A stretch of DNA of 64,000 bases, taken from positions 18,786,001 to 18,850,000 of the forward strand of contig OX597828.1 of the NCBI GenBank assembly GCA_951406725.2. Direction: 5' to 3'. Each line of letters begins with the position of its first letter. The stretch's first letter is position 1. The notes below the pieces were generated by a model. The model did not search any database. It was not told the DNA's origin and saw only the letters and a list, made by a program, of their open reading frames with translations. A program made the position numbers and the translations under genes. This DNA comes from Octopus vulgaris (lineage: Eukaryota). Positions 24,630 through 37,864 of this stretch are shown here, piece by piece.

Positions 24630-24749
24630 ATATAACATCGAACTTCTGCAGTGTCCAACTTGCTTTACAGCTGATATAGGACATATTGATATCAGCCAGC
24701 AATTGTTGTTAACAGGGGGGAAATATTTAAGACATTCAGCAATTAAAAG

Positions 24750-25056
24750 GAGCACTCTGTCGGTTACAATGACAAGGGTCCCACCTGATATGAGCAATGG
24801 AACAGCTTGCTCGTAAAATTAATGTGCAAGTGGTTGAGCACTCCACAGACACGTGCACCCTTAATGTAGTTCTCAGGGAGATTCAGCGTGACACAGAGTG
24901 TGACAAGGCTGGCCCTTTGAAATTTTTGCCAGCTAAGTGGACTGGAGCAATGTGAAATAAAGTTTCTTGCTCAAGTACACAATGCGTTGCCAGGAATTGA
25001 ACTCACAACCTTATGATCATGAGCTGAATGCCCAAACCACTAAGCCACAGGCCTTC
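24750..25056 (-). mobile_element. Hybrid SINE: family C-like head joined to family B 3' body
   Basis: 24750-24920 matches the B tail (928-1105); 24930-25056 matches the C head (GGACTGGAGCAATGTGAAATAAAG...CTTGCTCAAG). Confidence 0.7.
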
Positions 25057-25092
25057 TACATTCAACAATTATTCAGAACATATCACAGAGAC

Positions 25093-25593
25093 ATTATTTA
25101 CATTTGATGGATATTTGTCCCCATTTTGTTTGTTGTTAACATGTTTCAGCTGATACACCCTCCAGCCTTCATCAGGTGTCTTGGGGAAATTTTGAACCTG
25201 GGTACTCATTCCTAAGGTATTTTTCAATGTTATTATTATTATTATTATTAAGGTCACTGCCTGGAATCGAACTCGGAATCTTGGGGTTAGTAGCCCACGC
25301 TATTAATCACTACACCCATGGGCATATGGCGTTGTGGTTTAGAGCATTAGCTTCTAACCCCAAGATTCCAAGTTCAATTCCAGGCAGTGACCTGAATAAT
25401 AATAATAATAATAATAATATCTAAAAATACCTTAGGAATGAGAACCCAGGTTCAAAATTTCCCCAAGACACCTGATGAAGGCTGGAGGGTATATCAGCCG
25501 AAATGTTGTGTTAACAACAAACAAGATGCAGATAAATCTCTGTCAAATGTAAATAATGTACATAATTCCTCATCTCTTAAATATAGAACTGTA
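25093..25593. mobile_element. Head-to-head inverted pair of family H1 elements inserted as one unit
   Basis: Arms meet at CCCATGGG 25315-25322; hammerhead motifs at 25138-25180 (-) and 25467-25512 (+); direct repeat ATATCACAGAGAC at 25080-25092 and 25594-25606. Confidence 0.85.
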
Positions 25594-26248
25594 ATATCAC
25601 AGAGACTACCATTATTATTCAGATCTCATTAATAGTAATATACTAATTAACATCTATCAACTGATTTACTTCTGTTAACTAATCATAACAAGGCAACTGT
25701 ATAATACTTGGAACTCATATTACCAATTGCACTGAGTTTGTCACATCTAACTGTTGATAACTAGCATAATTTGGAATTACAATTTCCATCTTCTCAAAGA
25801 CAGGAAAATGAAAATAGAAAAACCAACTAGTTTGTATCATCATAATCATTATCATCATCATTTAATATCCGTTGTCCATGCTGGCATGGGTCTGAATGGT
25901 TTGACCAGAGCTGGCAAGCTAAGGGGGTGCTGCACCAGACTCCAGTCTGATTTGTCATGGTTTCTACAACTGTATGCCCTTCCTTATACCAACTGCTTTA
26001 CAAAGTGTGCTGGGGGCTTTTACATGTCCCCATGTCACTTTTACATGTCCCCATATCAATGCAGCAGCAGTAATTGTTTCTACATTAACACTGTGCTTTA
26101 TTTTCTTTCCTATAATACCTTGTCATGTGTGCTGAAGATCACATGTACAACATTTATAATAAAAATCCCTGATGTATACATCATACTGATTAACTTAGCT
26201 TCATCAACCCACTGACATTATCAATAAGATGAAGGCTGCATACATATA

Positions 26249-26860
26249 TGGGGTTGGCCAAAAGTCACCTAACAGTAAATCAAAACCCATTCAATTCCAA
26301 GATTAAAGCAAAAAATTATTTTATAAGAGACTTCGCTAACAAATAGACAAATGTTGAAAAAAAAAACGATTTTTAACTCACAGCATTCAATTATTAAGCA
26401 TTCATAATTGGAATGAATAAATAGGCGCAGGAGTGGCTGTGTGGTAAGTAGCTTGTCTACCAACCACATGGTTCTGGGTTCAATCCCACTGCATGGCACC
26501 TTGGGCAAGTGCCTTCTACTATAGCCTCGGGCCAACCAAAGCCTTGTGAGTGGATTTGGTAGGCGGAAACTGAAAGAAGCCCGTTGTATATATGTATGTA
26601 TATATGTGTGTGTGTTTGACAACCAATGCTGGTGTGTTTACATCCCTGTAACTTAGCGGTTCGGCAAAAGAGACCAATAGAATAAGTACTAGGCTCCTGA
26701 AGAATAAGTCCTAGGGTCAATTTGCTCGACTAAAGGTGGTGCTCCAGCATGGCCGCAGTCAAATGACTGAAACAAGTAAAAGAGTAAAGAGTAAATAAAA
26801 TTGAATATTAAGTATTTATGGAATTTTGATTTACTGTCAGGTGACTTTTGGCCAACCCTG
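26249..26860. mobile_element. Tc1/mariner-type MITE with nested family A SINE (26423-26792)
   Basis: ~37-bp TIR (TG/CA)GGGTTGGCCAAAAGTCACCT(A/G)ACAGTAAATCAAAA; TA flanks. Confidence 0.85.
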
Positions 26861-27949
26861 TATATATAAGAATCAACTGTTGTACATAGTTAACATGGAG
26901 ACTTCAATTCTAGCACTCTGTACTTGTTAGCAACAACATTCTTATTGTTAACAATAAACATGAAGAATATATCTACAACAATGCATACCTACTGTTATTA
27001 ATAACAGGAAGGCTACCATCCTATTGTCATTCATGATAACATGGCTACTATAAAACATTCAGCTAATTCCTAACAACAGCTTTTAAAAGTAGCATTGACA
27101 TATTCCATAAATAGTCACTGGTCAGCAAAATATAACACAACCACCTGATCATAAGCAACCACCTCCTCCTGAGAGAACATTGGTTGGCCTTTGCAACAGC
27201 AACAACCTCCTGAAGAATATAACAATGTCCGTATATGAACCAGCTGTTATAAAACAACTGAGACTTCCTTATACATCTGACTCATCCAACACACAACATA
27301 GACATCTTTGAACAGCCAGGATTCTGGTATCTGGTATCATGCTGACTTTTGATAATAAGACCAGCTTACATTTGAAAAACAGAGACCACATATAATTACC
27401 ATGTCTTACAAAAAAAGGGAAAAAAAATGTCAACTCTAAAACATCCAGTTCCTTCCACAATTGACATTATGACAGCAAGACAACTCTCTTGATTTCAATA
27501 ATGCGGTTGAATCTACCAATGTCAACTTTTAATCTTAATGCATTAGAGATGATAACAATGACAATCTCCTGATCTAAATATTGCAGAAGAGACTCACTCT
27601 CTCATTTATGTCCTGATTGCATCTATGACATAGAGACTATTACAATAGGCTTATGATCATAGATACACCACTTCCCACCCATATTGTCTCTAGTGCTTTT
27701 CATGTGCCACTGGTACAGGAGCCTGTCAGGCAGACCTGGCATCAGCCATGTTCAGATGCTGCTTTTAATGTGCCACCAGAATGAGAGCCAGTCAGGGGTC
27801 ACTGGCCACAGCTATGATATTGGTATTACGTGATTCAACAGGTCTTCTCAAGCATATCGTATCACCCGACGCATCAGGGGTACACTTAAACTATATAACT
27901 ATATATACATATATATACACACACATATATGTATACATATATATAAACA

Positions 27950-28525
27950 TAGACTTCTCTCTGTCCTTCAGTTGCCTATTCAGCTGCTTTGAGATCTTTG
28001 ACCTACGTCTCATGAGGGTTTCTCTGTCCCTGGGAATCTTGTTTGGCAGTGCGCTGGCCTTTCTTTCTGGAATATATTTAGTGCATATAGCTTGCACTGT
28101 TGACATAAACTGGCTGAGTTTCAGGTCAATGTCTCACATACACAGAATGTTGGACCAGTTTCATTTGTGGATCTCTTTGCGGATTGATTCTCATTTTGCC
28201 TTCAGGTTGGATAAGGTTTGAGTCCTACTGATAGGTTAGATACCAACAGTTCGCACAGGACCATACATAGTTAGTTCAACAATGTTCTGATCTGAGAGTG
28301 CTGTTGGTATCACCTTCACATTATGGATAAGGTCCACATTATTTGTGCAGTATAGGTCCAATATTTTGTTTCCCCTGTTTGGCTTAAGTATCACATGCTC
28401 CATGAACAGCTTCTTAGCAAGTTCAAATAATGACTCTACAATCTTTTGTTCATGCAGCGACATCCCAGAGATGATGTGGCCTTCTGGCCAAATAACACGT
28501 GGGAGTTTGATGTTCTGATCTAGGT
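27950..28525 (-). pseudogene. CR1/L2-like LINE ORF2 fragment (APE endonuclease C-terminus and linker)
   Basis: KLPRVIW...KPNRGNKILDLYCTNN...VKVIPTALSDQNIV corresponds to the N.P.I.W / PTRG.NILDL..TN / SDH motifs; followed by ICTKYIP...IPRDRETLMRRRSK; contains stops and frameshifts. Confidence 0.8.
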
Positions 28526-28613
28526 TTATATACATACATACACACACACACATATATATATATACATACACACAAACACATATATATGCACACACACACA
28601 CACGCACACACAC

Positions 28614-28653
<40 letters not shown>

Positions 28654-29194
28654 TATATTGAGGGTACTACTGATAATTTCTTTTAAAGATTTTTTCCTCA
28701 ATTGTTAATTTATATATATATATATATATATATATCATAGGGTACCATTGGCACCCTGTTTTAACAATTTCTAACTATCCTGACTTTTAATTTCTTTCTT
28801 CCTTGTATCTTTATTTCACTTTCATCGCTACATCAGACTTATTCAATATATTTACATATACATGTATGTTTTAATATATCTATGTCTACATCGAAAATTT
28901 TTTTTTAAATCCATTATCTTATATATAAATATGTTTAATATATTTATTTATTTATAGATTTTTTTTTAAAATGTCTATGTATTTATATATTCTTAATGTA
29001 TCATGTATATATTTTTAATGTATCATGTATACTTGTTCTTTAAATTCATCTGAAATCGGAGCCATGTTTATGGATTAAATTACTGGTCTTACTTTTCTTC
29101 ATAGTATACATTTTTATAAATATATATAAACATATGAACACACAAATATATACATATGCATACATACAAATATATAAACATACACACACATCAT

Positions 29195-29234
<40 letters not shown>

Positions 29235-29342
29235 AACATATGAATACATATAGACATATGTACACACCCATATATATACATATATATATATATATAAATA
29301 TATATACACACACACACTTTAAATATTATCCCAGCAAATGAG

Positions 29343-29553
29343 AAGATGCTGAAAAGCTCTTGACTTTAGGTAAAAGGAAAAAAGATTAGAACAGATAATT
29401 ATGACTTTATTCAACATATTCTCTCTTCAGATTCATACACTTATAGCAGTTATCATTCAGTTTTTCTAAGCCCTGTAAAAGAACTCAGAAGGTTAGGCCT
29501 CCAACTGAGGCCTTTTGGGATAACTCTAAAATCAGGAACTTTTCAGCCACCCA
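29343..29553. mobile_element. Degenerate mariner-type MITE (same family as 35405-35842, opposite orientation)
   Basis: GCTGAAAAG...CAGGAACTTTTCAGC termini; internal homology to 35657-35840. Confidence 0.6.
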
Positions 29554-30313
29554 CTCATAATTCAACTATCAAGGAACATGATCCTGCAGTATCAATATTT
29601 GTAATAATACAAACAAAACTGCCATAAACCATCAATCGTTTAACAAGTTCGACCATATGAAAATAATAAAAGATTCACAAGCAACAAGCATATGAAACAT
29701 GTATTGCCATCATCGGCTGCCTGATGGATGTCATGATGGTTTCCACACCTGAACAGTACCATTCAATCCAGCAGTGTCAATATCATTTGCCACATAAACA
29801 CTGCCTGAGGGTTGACAGAGAGATAGCAGGAGCAAAGGCATGGAACTTGAATTATTTTATGAAGGCACATGACTTAGTTAGGGGTGTGGGACTCATGATC
29901 GTAAGATTGCAGTTTCAGTTCCTGGAGTGGGCGACCTGTTGTGTCCTTAAGCAAAACACTTCATTTCCTGTTGCTCAACTCCTCGCAGCTGGCAAGAATG
30001 AGTAATCCTGTGACAGATCAGCATCTCATCCAAGTGGGGGATATATTTGTCATGAAACCAGGAAACCAGCCCTTATAAGTTGGTTTGACTCAAGAAGGAA
30101 ACTTTATTGCTTTTGCAGCTGTGTGTTAGCTTCAGTTTCATTCTCCTGTCTGCGACACTTGTCTATTGGAAGTAGCACTTCCAGGCAACACGAAACTTAT
30201 CACAAACAACAGTATCGCACGACCAATAGGAAACAGGTGTGTAATCCACTTCAAGTCACAACTTGTTCTTTTATGTATGTATGAGTCAGTGAAGGCATGT
30301 ATAGATTGGAAGT

Positions 30314-30680
30314 CATCATCATCATCATTTAACATTGGGTTTTCCATGCTGGCATGGGTTCGATGGCTTCACAAGAGCTGGCAAGGTCAGGTTCCATAGT
30401 CCATTTTGGCTTGGTTTCCACAACTGGGTGTCCTTCCTAATGTTAACCATTTTACAGAGTGCACTGGGTGCTTTCAGTGTGAAACCAACACCAGTGCTTT
30501 TTACATGGCACCAGCACTTTTTATGTGACACCAACACCAGTGCTTTTTACATGGCACCAGCATCAATACTTTTTATGTGACACCAGCACCAGTGATTTTT
30601 ATATGGCCCCAACACCAGTGCTTTTTACAAGGTGCCAGCACCAGTGCTTTTTATGTGACACCAGCACCACTGCTTTTTAC
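30314..30680 (-). mobile_element. RTE 3' UTR fragment with internal ~22-bp tandem array
   Basis: (CAT)n tail, TTCCATGCTGGCATGGG motif, repeated CACCAGTGCTTTTTAC/ATGTGAC units. Confidence 0.8.
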
Positions 30681-32095
30681 GTGGCATCACTGGTGCCAAA
30701 CTGTATTGGCATTTGGATAACATGGGTGGATGGAGAAGGGAGGTTGGTATGCATGGGTGACTGCTGGTCTTCCATGAACAACCTTGCCTGGACTTGTACA
30801 TCAGAGGGTAACTTTGTAGGTGCAATCCCATAGTCATTCATAACTGAAAGGGGGCCCTTCCTTCTTCCTTCTAAATGATGCAACATTTATGATGGTGTTG
30901 AAGAGAATAGAGTTGAGGGTTTTCAACAGTTCCCAATAAATAACCAAGGCCTGTCATTATCGTTTTTTCTACCTTTTATCTTTTACTTGTTTCCATCATT
31001 AGACTGCGGCCATGATGGGGTAACACCTTGATGGGTTTACTCGAACAAATCGGCCCCACTACTTATCATTCTTTTGTAACAGCCTGGTACTTATTATATC
31101 TGTCTCTTTTCCCAAACTGCTAAATTACTAGAATGTAAACACACCAACACCAGCTGTCAAGTGGCAGTGTGTTTACATCCCTGTAATTTTTGAATTTCAT
31201 AGAATAACTTTTTGAATTTCATGGAATAAATCAAATTCTTGAATTATGCAACAATTCATTACCCATGTTGAATTGAGCCCCCCCCCCCTTTTCTTTTCCC
31301 ATGAAGGAATAAAGCTGATTGTTACTCTCTCCAGGTAAGATACGTCAGATGATAAACCCCTTTTAAAACCTTGAGTTGAAAATTTATTCAAAGGTGGGAT
31401 TATCAACGCCTTCAACTATCCCTAATGAAATCAAATTATCATTATAATCAAATTATCACTACAAAGAATGGTCATAAGAAAAGTAAGAGCATTGTGGTAA
31501 TATCAGAATCATTAACTATTATGCAAAGCTAATTGTTTATTTGAAGCCTAACATCAAGGAACTTGTCCAAGATTTCACTCGCCTTTCAATTTTTAATAAG
31601 TTAGAACTTCATTTCAGAAATTTAACCAGTAGAAAAATGGTTTCAGATTTTGACACAAAGCCAGCAATTTTTAGAGGAAGTGGGTTAGTCAATTTACATT
31701 CACCCCTGTGCTCAATTGGCACTTATTTTATCAACTCTGAAAGGACAGAAGGCAAAGTCGACTTCAGTAGCATTTAAACTCAAAAATGCAAAACTGGAAC
31801 AAATACCACAAAGCATTTATGTTTGACAGGCTAATGATTCTGTGGGTAAATAAACACTTACTATTCAGGCACAGGCATGGCTATGTGGTAAGAAGCTTGC
31901 TTCCCCAATACATGGCTCTGTGTTCAATCCACTTGGGCAAGTGTCATTTACTATGCCCTCAGGCTCATCAAAGCCTTGTGAGTGGATTTGGTCAACAGAA
32001 ACTGAAAGAAACCCCTCGTATTTGTGTGTGTGTGTGTGTTTGTAACCCACCACCGCTTGGTAATTAGTGTTGGTGTGTTTACATCCCTTCTCATG

Positions 32096-32416
32096 AAGGC
32101 GCATGGCTCAGTGTTTAGAACGTCAACCTTACAATCATGAGGTTGTGAGTTTGATACCCAGACCAGGCTGCTTGTTGTGTTCTTGAGCAAGACACTTTAT
32201 TTCACGTTGTTCCAGTTCACTCAGCTGTAGAAATGAGTTGTAATGTCACAGGTGCCAAGCTGTATCGGCCTTTGCCTTTGCCTTGGATAACACTGGTGGT
32301 GTGGAGATGGGGAGGCCAGTATGCATGGTCTTCTATAAATAACTTGCCCAGACTTGTGCCTCAGAGGGTAACTTTCTAGGTGCAATCCCATGGTCAGTCA
32401 TGACCAAAGAGGGTCT
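32096..32416 (+). mobile_element. tRNA-derived SINE family C inserted into a family A SINE (31866-32580)
   Basis: Head GAAGGCGCATGGCTCAGTG...GAGTTTGATACC; TACATCCCTT is duplicated either side (~32080 and ~32424). Confidence 0.8.
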
Positions 32417-32589
32417 CAGCAGTATACATCCCTTAGCAGTTCAGCAAAAGAGAGCAATAGAGTAAAAACCAAGCTTAAAAAAAAAAGTATGGGAGTCAAT
32501 TCATTTGACTAAAAACCTTTTCAAGGCAGTGCCCCAGCACGGCCACAGTGCAATGGCTGAAACAAGTAAAAGATAAAAGATTAAATCTC

Positions 32590-33490
32590 TCTTCAAACAA
32601 AAGAAAACCTCAATACCTTTGAGGCCAATATCAGGTTATTTGAATACTTAAGATTGGTCTTAGTTTTGCTAAATGCAGTCATGTTTTACCAGAATGGAAC
32701 AAGTGATATTATAACCAGTAATAAACTACGTGGTGTTTGCTATCTTGATAACAGTTTTATCTTCAAAAGAAACATTACTGAACATGACAAGAGTCTACAC
32801 TGATTCCTAACATGTTAAGAATTGTGGACTTCCTCGGAATAATGATTAGTGTGTGTATGGGAAATTTAGCATCGTATTCTTGGGATATCAGATTGCCAAA
32901 GACTTGCTTTCTCTTGATCCTCACCAACAAGGAATCGTTACTGAATCTTAAAGCTCCTTCAGATTCTAAGAGCTTGTCCAAGATTATTGGATTATTCACT
33001 TATTATGCAGGATGGATTCCGAGATATTCTGATATAATATGGCCTCCGCTTGATTCATCTCTCTTCCCGTTATCAACTAAAGTGATTGTGGCTTTTGAAC
33101 ACTTGAAGTAAATAATTGCTGATTTTGTGTTGCACATCATCAATCGTAACTGATCACTTGAATTAGCTGATGTGTGGCTTTAGTGACCTCTCTCTCTCAA
33201 AAGGGATAACCAACAGCTTAATTTTCACACTCATTCAATGACAATGAAGTATGTACTGTTATTGAGAAAGAATTAGTTACTACCAAAAGCCTACATACTT
33301 GGTAACATTTTTACTAGTAAAATATTTTACTCTGCTGACTAACCAACAAGCAGTTTTATATATTTTTCAGCGTTTGACTGGATCCAGTGTTAAAAATGAT
33401 AAAATTGTTCATTGAAGACTTAAGCTATATCGTTTCTCATATACCACCCACAAAGAGAATATTTCTGCAGATGTTATTTTTCAAGAATCC
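32590..33490 (+). pseudogene. Degenerate Ty3/Gypsy pol fragment (RT, connection, RNase H)
   Basis: TFEANIRLFEY (TAF motif), YLDN at 32741-32752 (YLDD), FLG, SKIIGLFTYYAGWIPRYS...AFEHLK, then SLSQKG, IEKEL, FTLLTNQQ, KNDKI, KENISADV; many stops and frameshifts. Confidence 0.85.
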
Positions 33491-33843
33491 AGTGCTGTAG
33501 TATGGGCGCTTTATCACTTCCTGATATACATACCCCTGCAGAGGTTAACATTAGGAAAGGCATACAGCATTAGAAACAATACCAGAACATAATGCTGGTA
33601 CACAACATAGTCCTTTGGCACTGCAAATCCTGTCAAACTATCCTGTCTAAGCCATCATAGAAGAGAGATGTTAGATGATGATGATAGTGGCGATTATGGT
33701 AATTGAATGTGTGTGTATGTATATATATATTTATATATATATGTATGTGTGTGTGTGTGTGTAAATGTGTAAATGGGTGAGTGGACCAATGGAAGAAAAA
33801 GTACTCAAAATAATTTGTAGGGGTTACTTATTTTATTATTTAA

Positions 33844-34063
33844 CCCTTTCGTTACAGTATTTATTTTGAGATGCTCTCTGTTTCTTTCAATTACTTTAAA
33901 TATAACAAAGAATTTAGTAAAATAACTTACTTATCATTCAGCTAGTGTTAGGAACATAAATTGTGACTAAGGTTTGGTGGAAGATTTTAATTCAACGCTT
34001 ATGAAAACAAGACATTTGTACTCAGAGCCAGAGCCAGTTTCAGCCGGATTGGTAATGAAAGGG
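33844..34063. mobile_element. piggyBac-type MITE, family P1
   Basis: TTAA TSD at 33840-33843 and 34064-34067; TIR CCCTTTCGTTAC/GTAATGAAAGGG. Confidence 0.9.
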
Positions 34064-34499
34064 TTAAAACAGTTTAATTCAGCTCTATACAACTAAATTT
34101 TCATAGGCTTTTAACAGAAACCCAGTTCATTCGGGCTCAGATTCTGTTATATGGGCTTCAATGAGCTGGGTTTCTGTGAGAAACCAGGGAATCTATAAGT
34201 TACATGGAGCTGAATCAAGCCATTTTAAGTTATACATATATATTCATAGGTACAAGAGTGGCTGTGTGGTAAGTAGCTTGATTACCAACCATATGGTTCC
34301 GGGTTCAGTCCCACTGCATGGCACCTTGGGCAAGTGTCTTCTACTATAGCCTCGGGCCAACCAAAGCCTTGTGGATGGATTTGGTTGACAGATACTGAAA
34401 GAAGCCCGTCATATATTATGGGATCATGAAAAAAGGGACTTAAAGAATGGTTATCACCCTTACGCTGCAAAATTACATTTTTCGATTTAGTGTTTTTTA

Positions 34500-35000
34500 T
34501 TTAAACTAAAATTTATGTTGTCGTTACTGTTATCATGTGTTTTCATGTCCTGATTAAGAGAGGTAGAACTAATGTCAATAGGGTTAATATAGGTAATTTT
34601 TTCTTTATAGCCTGCTTTAAGTAAGGCAGAGTTATAAAATTCAGCTTTATCGTTTAAGATTTCAATATTGGCAGATAATCTAGAAAGTCTAAGTGAAATA
34701 TTCCTAAGTTCTTCGTAATAACGTTTGAATGGTAACTAAAAGAGCTAATATATTTTAAATTAGTTGAGGGTTTATAGTATGGGAAATATGAATCATTATA
34801 TAAGTCATGGGTAATATTCAAAAAGTTGACTTTAGTTATATCATTGTCACAAACAATGCTGAAGCCCATGTTTCGGAAAAGTTTAAGCAACCTATTTTTT
34901 AACCCTTTGTAATTTTTAGTTAAGAAACATTTTGAAAGTAGAGTAGACAATTGTTATAACAATATAGACCTCCATTGTTATTCTATGGACATTGGTCAGC
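34500..35000 (-). pseudogene. Penelope-like element reverse transcriptase fragment
   Basis: GGLYCYN (degenerate GLYRDD), VNFLNITHDL...YFPYYKP...YISSFSYHS..ITKNL, RLS...EILNDKAEFYNSALLKAGY: PLE RT motif 5-7 and thumb pattern; frameshifted. Confidence 0.8.
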
Positions 35001-35011
35001 TATTTCATAAA

Positions 35012-35065
<54 letters not shown>

Positions 35066-35135
35066 TGACCAAATCAGCTGATCAAAGCCTTGTGAGTGGA
35101 CTTGGTAGACAGAAACTGAAAGAAGCCCGTCGTAC

Positions 35136-35189
<54 letters not shown>

Positions 35190-35404
35190 GTATGTCTATG
35201 TGTTTGTGTGTCTGTGTTTGTCCCCCCAACATTGCTTGACAACCGATGCTGGTGTGTTTACGTCCCTGTAACTTAGCGGTTCTGCAAAAGAGACCGATAG
35301 AATAAGTACTAGGCTTACAAAAGAATAATTTGCTCGACTAAAGGTGGTGCTCCAGCATGGCCACAGTCAAATGACTGAAACAAGTAAAAGAGTATATATA
35401 TATA

Positions 35405-35842
35405 TGAAGGGGTGCTGAAAGGTTCCTGGCTTAACTCTTTCATTACCATATCTATTTTGAGATGTTGTGTGTTTCAATTCATTTTAAATACAACAAAGAA
35501 TTTAGTAAAATAACTTAATTATCATTCAGCTGATGTTAGGAATATAAATTGTGACTAAGGTTCGGCAGAAAATTTTAATTCAAAACTAATGAAAACAAGA
35601 CATTTATACTACTAAGCCAGAGGCGGTTTCAACCGGATTGGTATCGAAAGGGTTAAAGGTGTTGCAAAAGACTTTGTTGGAGGCCCAACGTCCCTGCATT
35701 CTTTTAGAGGGCTTAGGAAAATTGAAGGACCGCTACAATAAGTGTGTGAATCTGAGATGGGAATATTTGAATAAAATCATAATTAACTGATCCTCCTGTA
35801 TTTTCTTTTACCCAAATCCAGCAACTCTTCAGCTCCCCCTTG
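35405..35842. mobile_element. Mariner-type MITE interrupted by a piggyBac MITE
   Basis: Termini TGAAGGGGTGCTGAAAGGTTCCTGG / CCAGCAACTCTTCAGCTCCCCCTTG; TA flanks. Confidence 0.75.
35435..35652. mobile_element. piggyBac-type MITE, family P1 (second copy)
   Basis: TTAA at 35431-35434 and 35653-35656; colinear with 33844-34063. Confidence 0.85.
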
Positions 35843-35930
35843 TATGTATGTGTGTATATATTTATTTATTTTATCTAGTTTCAGCTCACGAGCTGTGGCC
35901 ATGCTGGGGCACCGCCATTGAAACTCTGGT

Positions 35931-36006
<76 letters not shown>

Positions 36007-36025
36007 CACATATATACACACACAG

Positions 36026-36162
<137 letters not shown>

Positions 36163-36288
36163 TATATATATTATATATATATATATGATGTATAAAAACA
36201 TGTAACATACTAATAAATATCTGTAAATATAAGATATCTGAATTTCTGAGTACCTCATTTCTTCTAATATAAAATATATCCTCTCAAA

Positions 36289-36325
<37 letters not shown>

Positions 36326-36501
36326 TCATCATCATTTAGCATCCACTTTCCATGCTAGCATGGGTCTGTAAATATCAACTGGAGTCTGGGAATTTCTGAG
36401 CTACAGGCCCAGTTTGATCTAATTCTACGGCTGGATGCCCTTCCTACCTATATATATATCATATATATATATATAGTGTGTGTGTGTGTGTATATAATCA
36501 T

Positions 36502-36544
<43 letters not shown>

Positions 36545-36874
36545 CAAAACCCATTCTCGAAGATGTCACTACTTTCAATTTCATCTACAGTAAATATTTT
36601 TAACAACGATATTAACAGTAGTAAGACAGGCGGTTGAACAGGTCAAACAGCATTAAATAGCTATAAAATTTAAAAGTTAGCATGAGGCATGAAGATGCAG
36701 AACCAGCATCGCCCTGCTTAGAATCCCTGATATACAATCGCCGGAAGGCACCAAATAACAGAAAAACAACTGTTTCCACATCCTCATGCTAACTTTTATA
36801 TATATATATATATGTATATCTTTACTTGTTTCAGTCATTTGCCTGCAGCCATGTTGAAGCACCACCTATCTATC

Positions 36875-36927
<53 letters not shown>

Positions 36928-37087
36928 ATATATATCCTGTGTGTACAGTTAGATGTATGACTACTAGTGTATGAGTTAAAGCTCAATGTAGATTATCATT
37001 ATTATTATCCATTCGGCTTCCAGCATAACAATTAATCTATCACTGTACTTCGTATAGTAACTAGCTGCAACATATAGAGTATATGTG

Positions 37088-37124
<37 letters not shown>

Positions 37125-37129
37125 CATAT

Positions 37130-37174
<45 letters not shown>

Positions 37175-37643
37175 CAGCTGTATATTCTGTATATTATATA
37201 ATGTGATCTGCTATTTGAAAGTATCTATATATAGTTGACCAGAAGATGCATGTATTAAAATTGTGTTCATATTCATCTGCACTCACCTACCCACACACTC
37301 ACACGCACGCACGCACACACACACACACACACACACACGTATTAAGACATACGCACACATCGTTTACTTTTGTTGACATAAATTAAAACGAATTCTGTTC
37401 TGTGAACAGGTGGTTTAGCCATTTCTTTCTTACTGCTAACCTCTTCATTGTTAAGATGCGAAGAGAGAAAAACCAAAAAGATAAGCATTTGTGCAGTTCT
37501 GACTTTGAGCGCAGTTTTCAGTGAGATTAATACCAAATAACGCCATTGTGTATTCGAGGTTTAATGTTTCCACAATGCCGTTTCATGATGGAAGTGAAGA
37601 GGTTTCAATCCCAATCGAAGGCATTCTACACTGTTGTGATTAA

Positions 37644-37864
37644 CCCTTTAGTGTTTAAACTGGCCAAATCCGGCCCAATATATTCTACATGTTTTATATT
37701 CAAACTGGCGATATCTAACCTCTCACTCCTAACCTACAATGCCATTCTAAAAATAAACAATCACATCATTGAAACCTCAAAGCTGTAAGATAATCCAGGA
37801 TTAATCCGAAACAAATTGAGTGAAAAAGTATTACATTTAACAGAGTAATCTGAACACTAAAGGG
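37644..37864. mobile_element. piggyBac-type MITE, family P2
   Basis: TTAA TSD; TIR CCCTTTAGTGTT/AACACTAAAGGG. Confidence 0.9.

Noticed and set aside
37409-37540. Possible plus-strand exon after TTCTGTGAACAG
   Set aside because: Short frames with no recognisable protein and no convincing donor.
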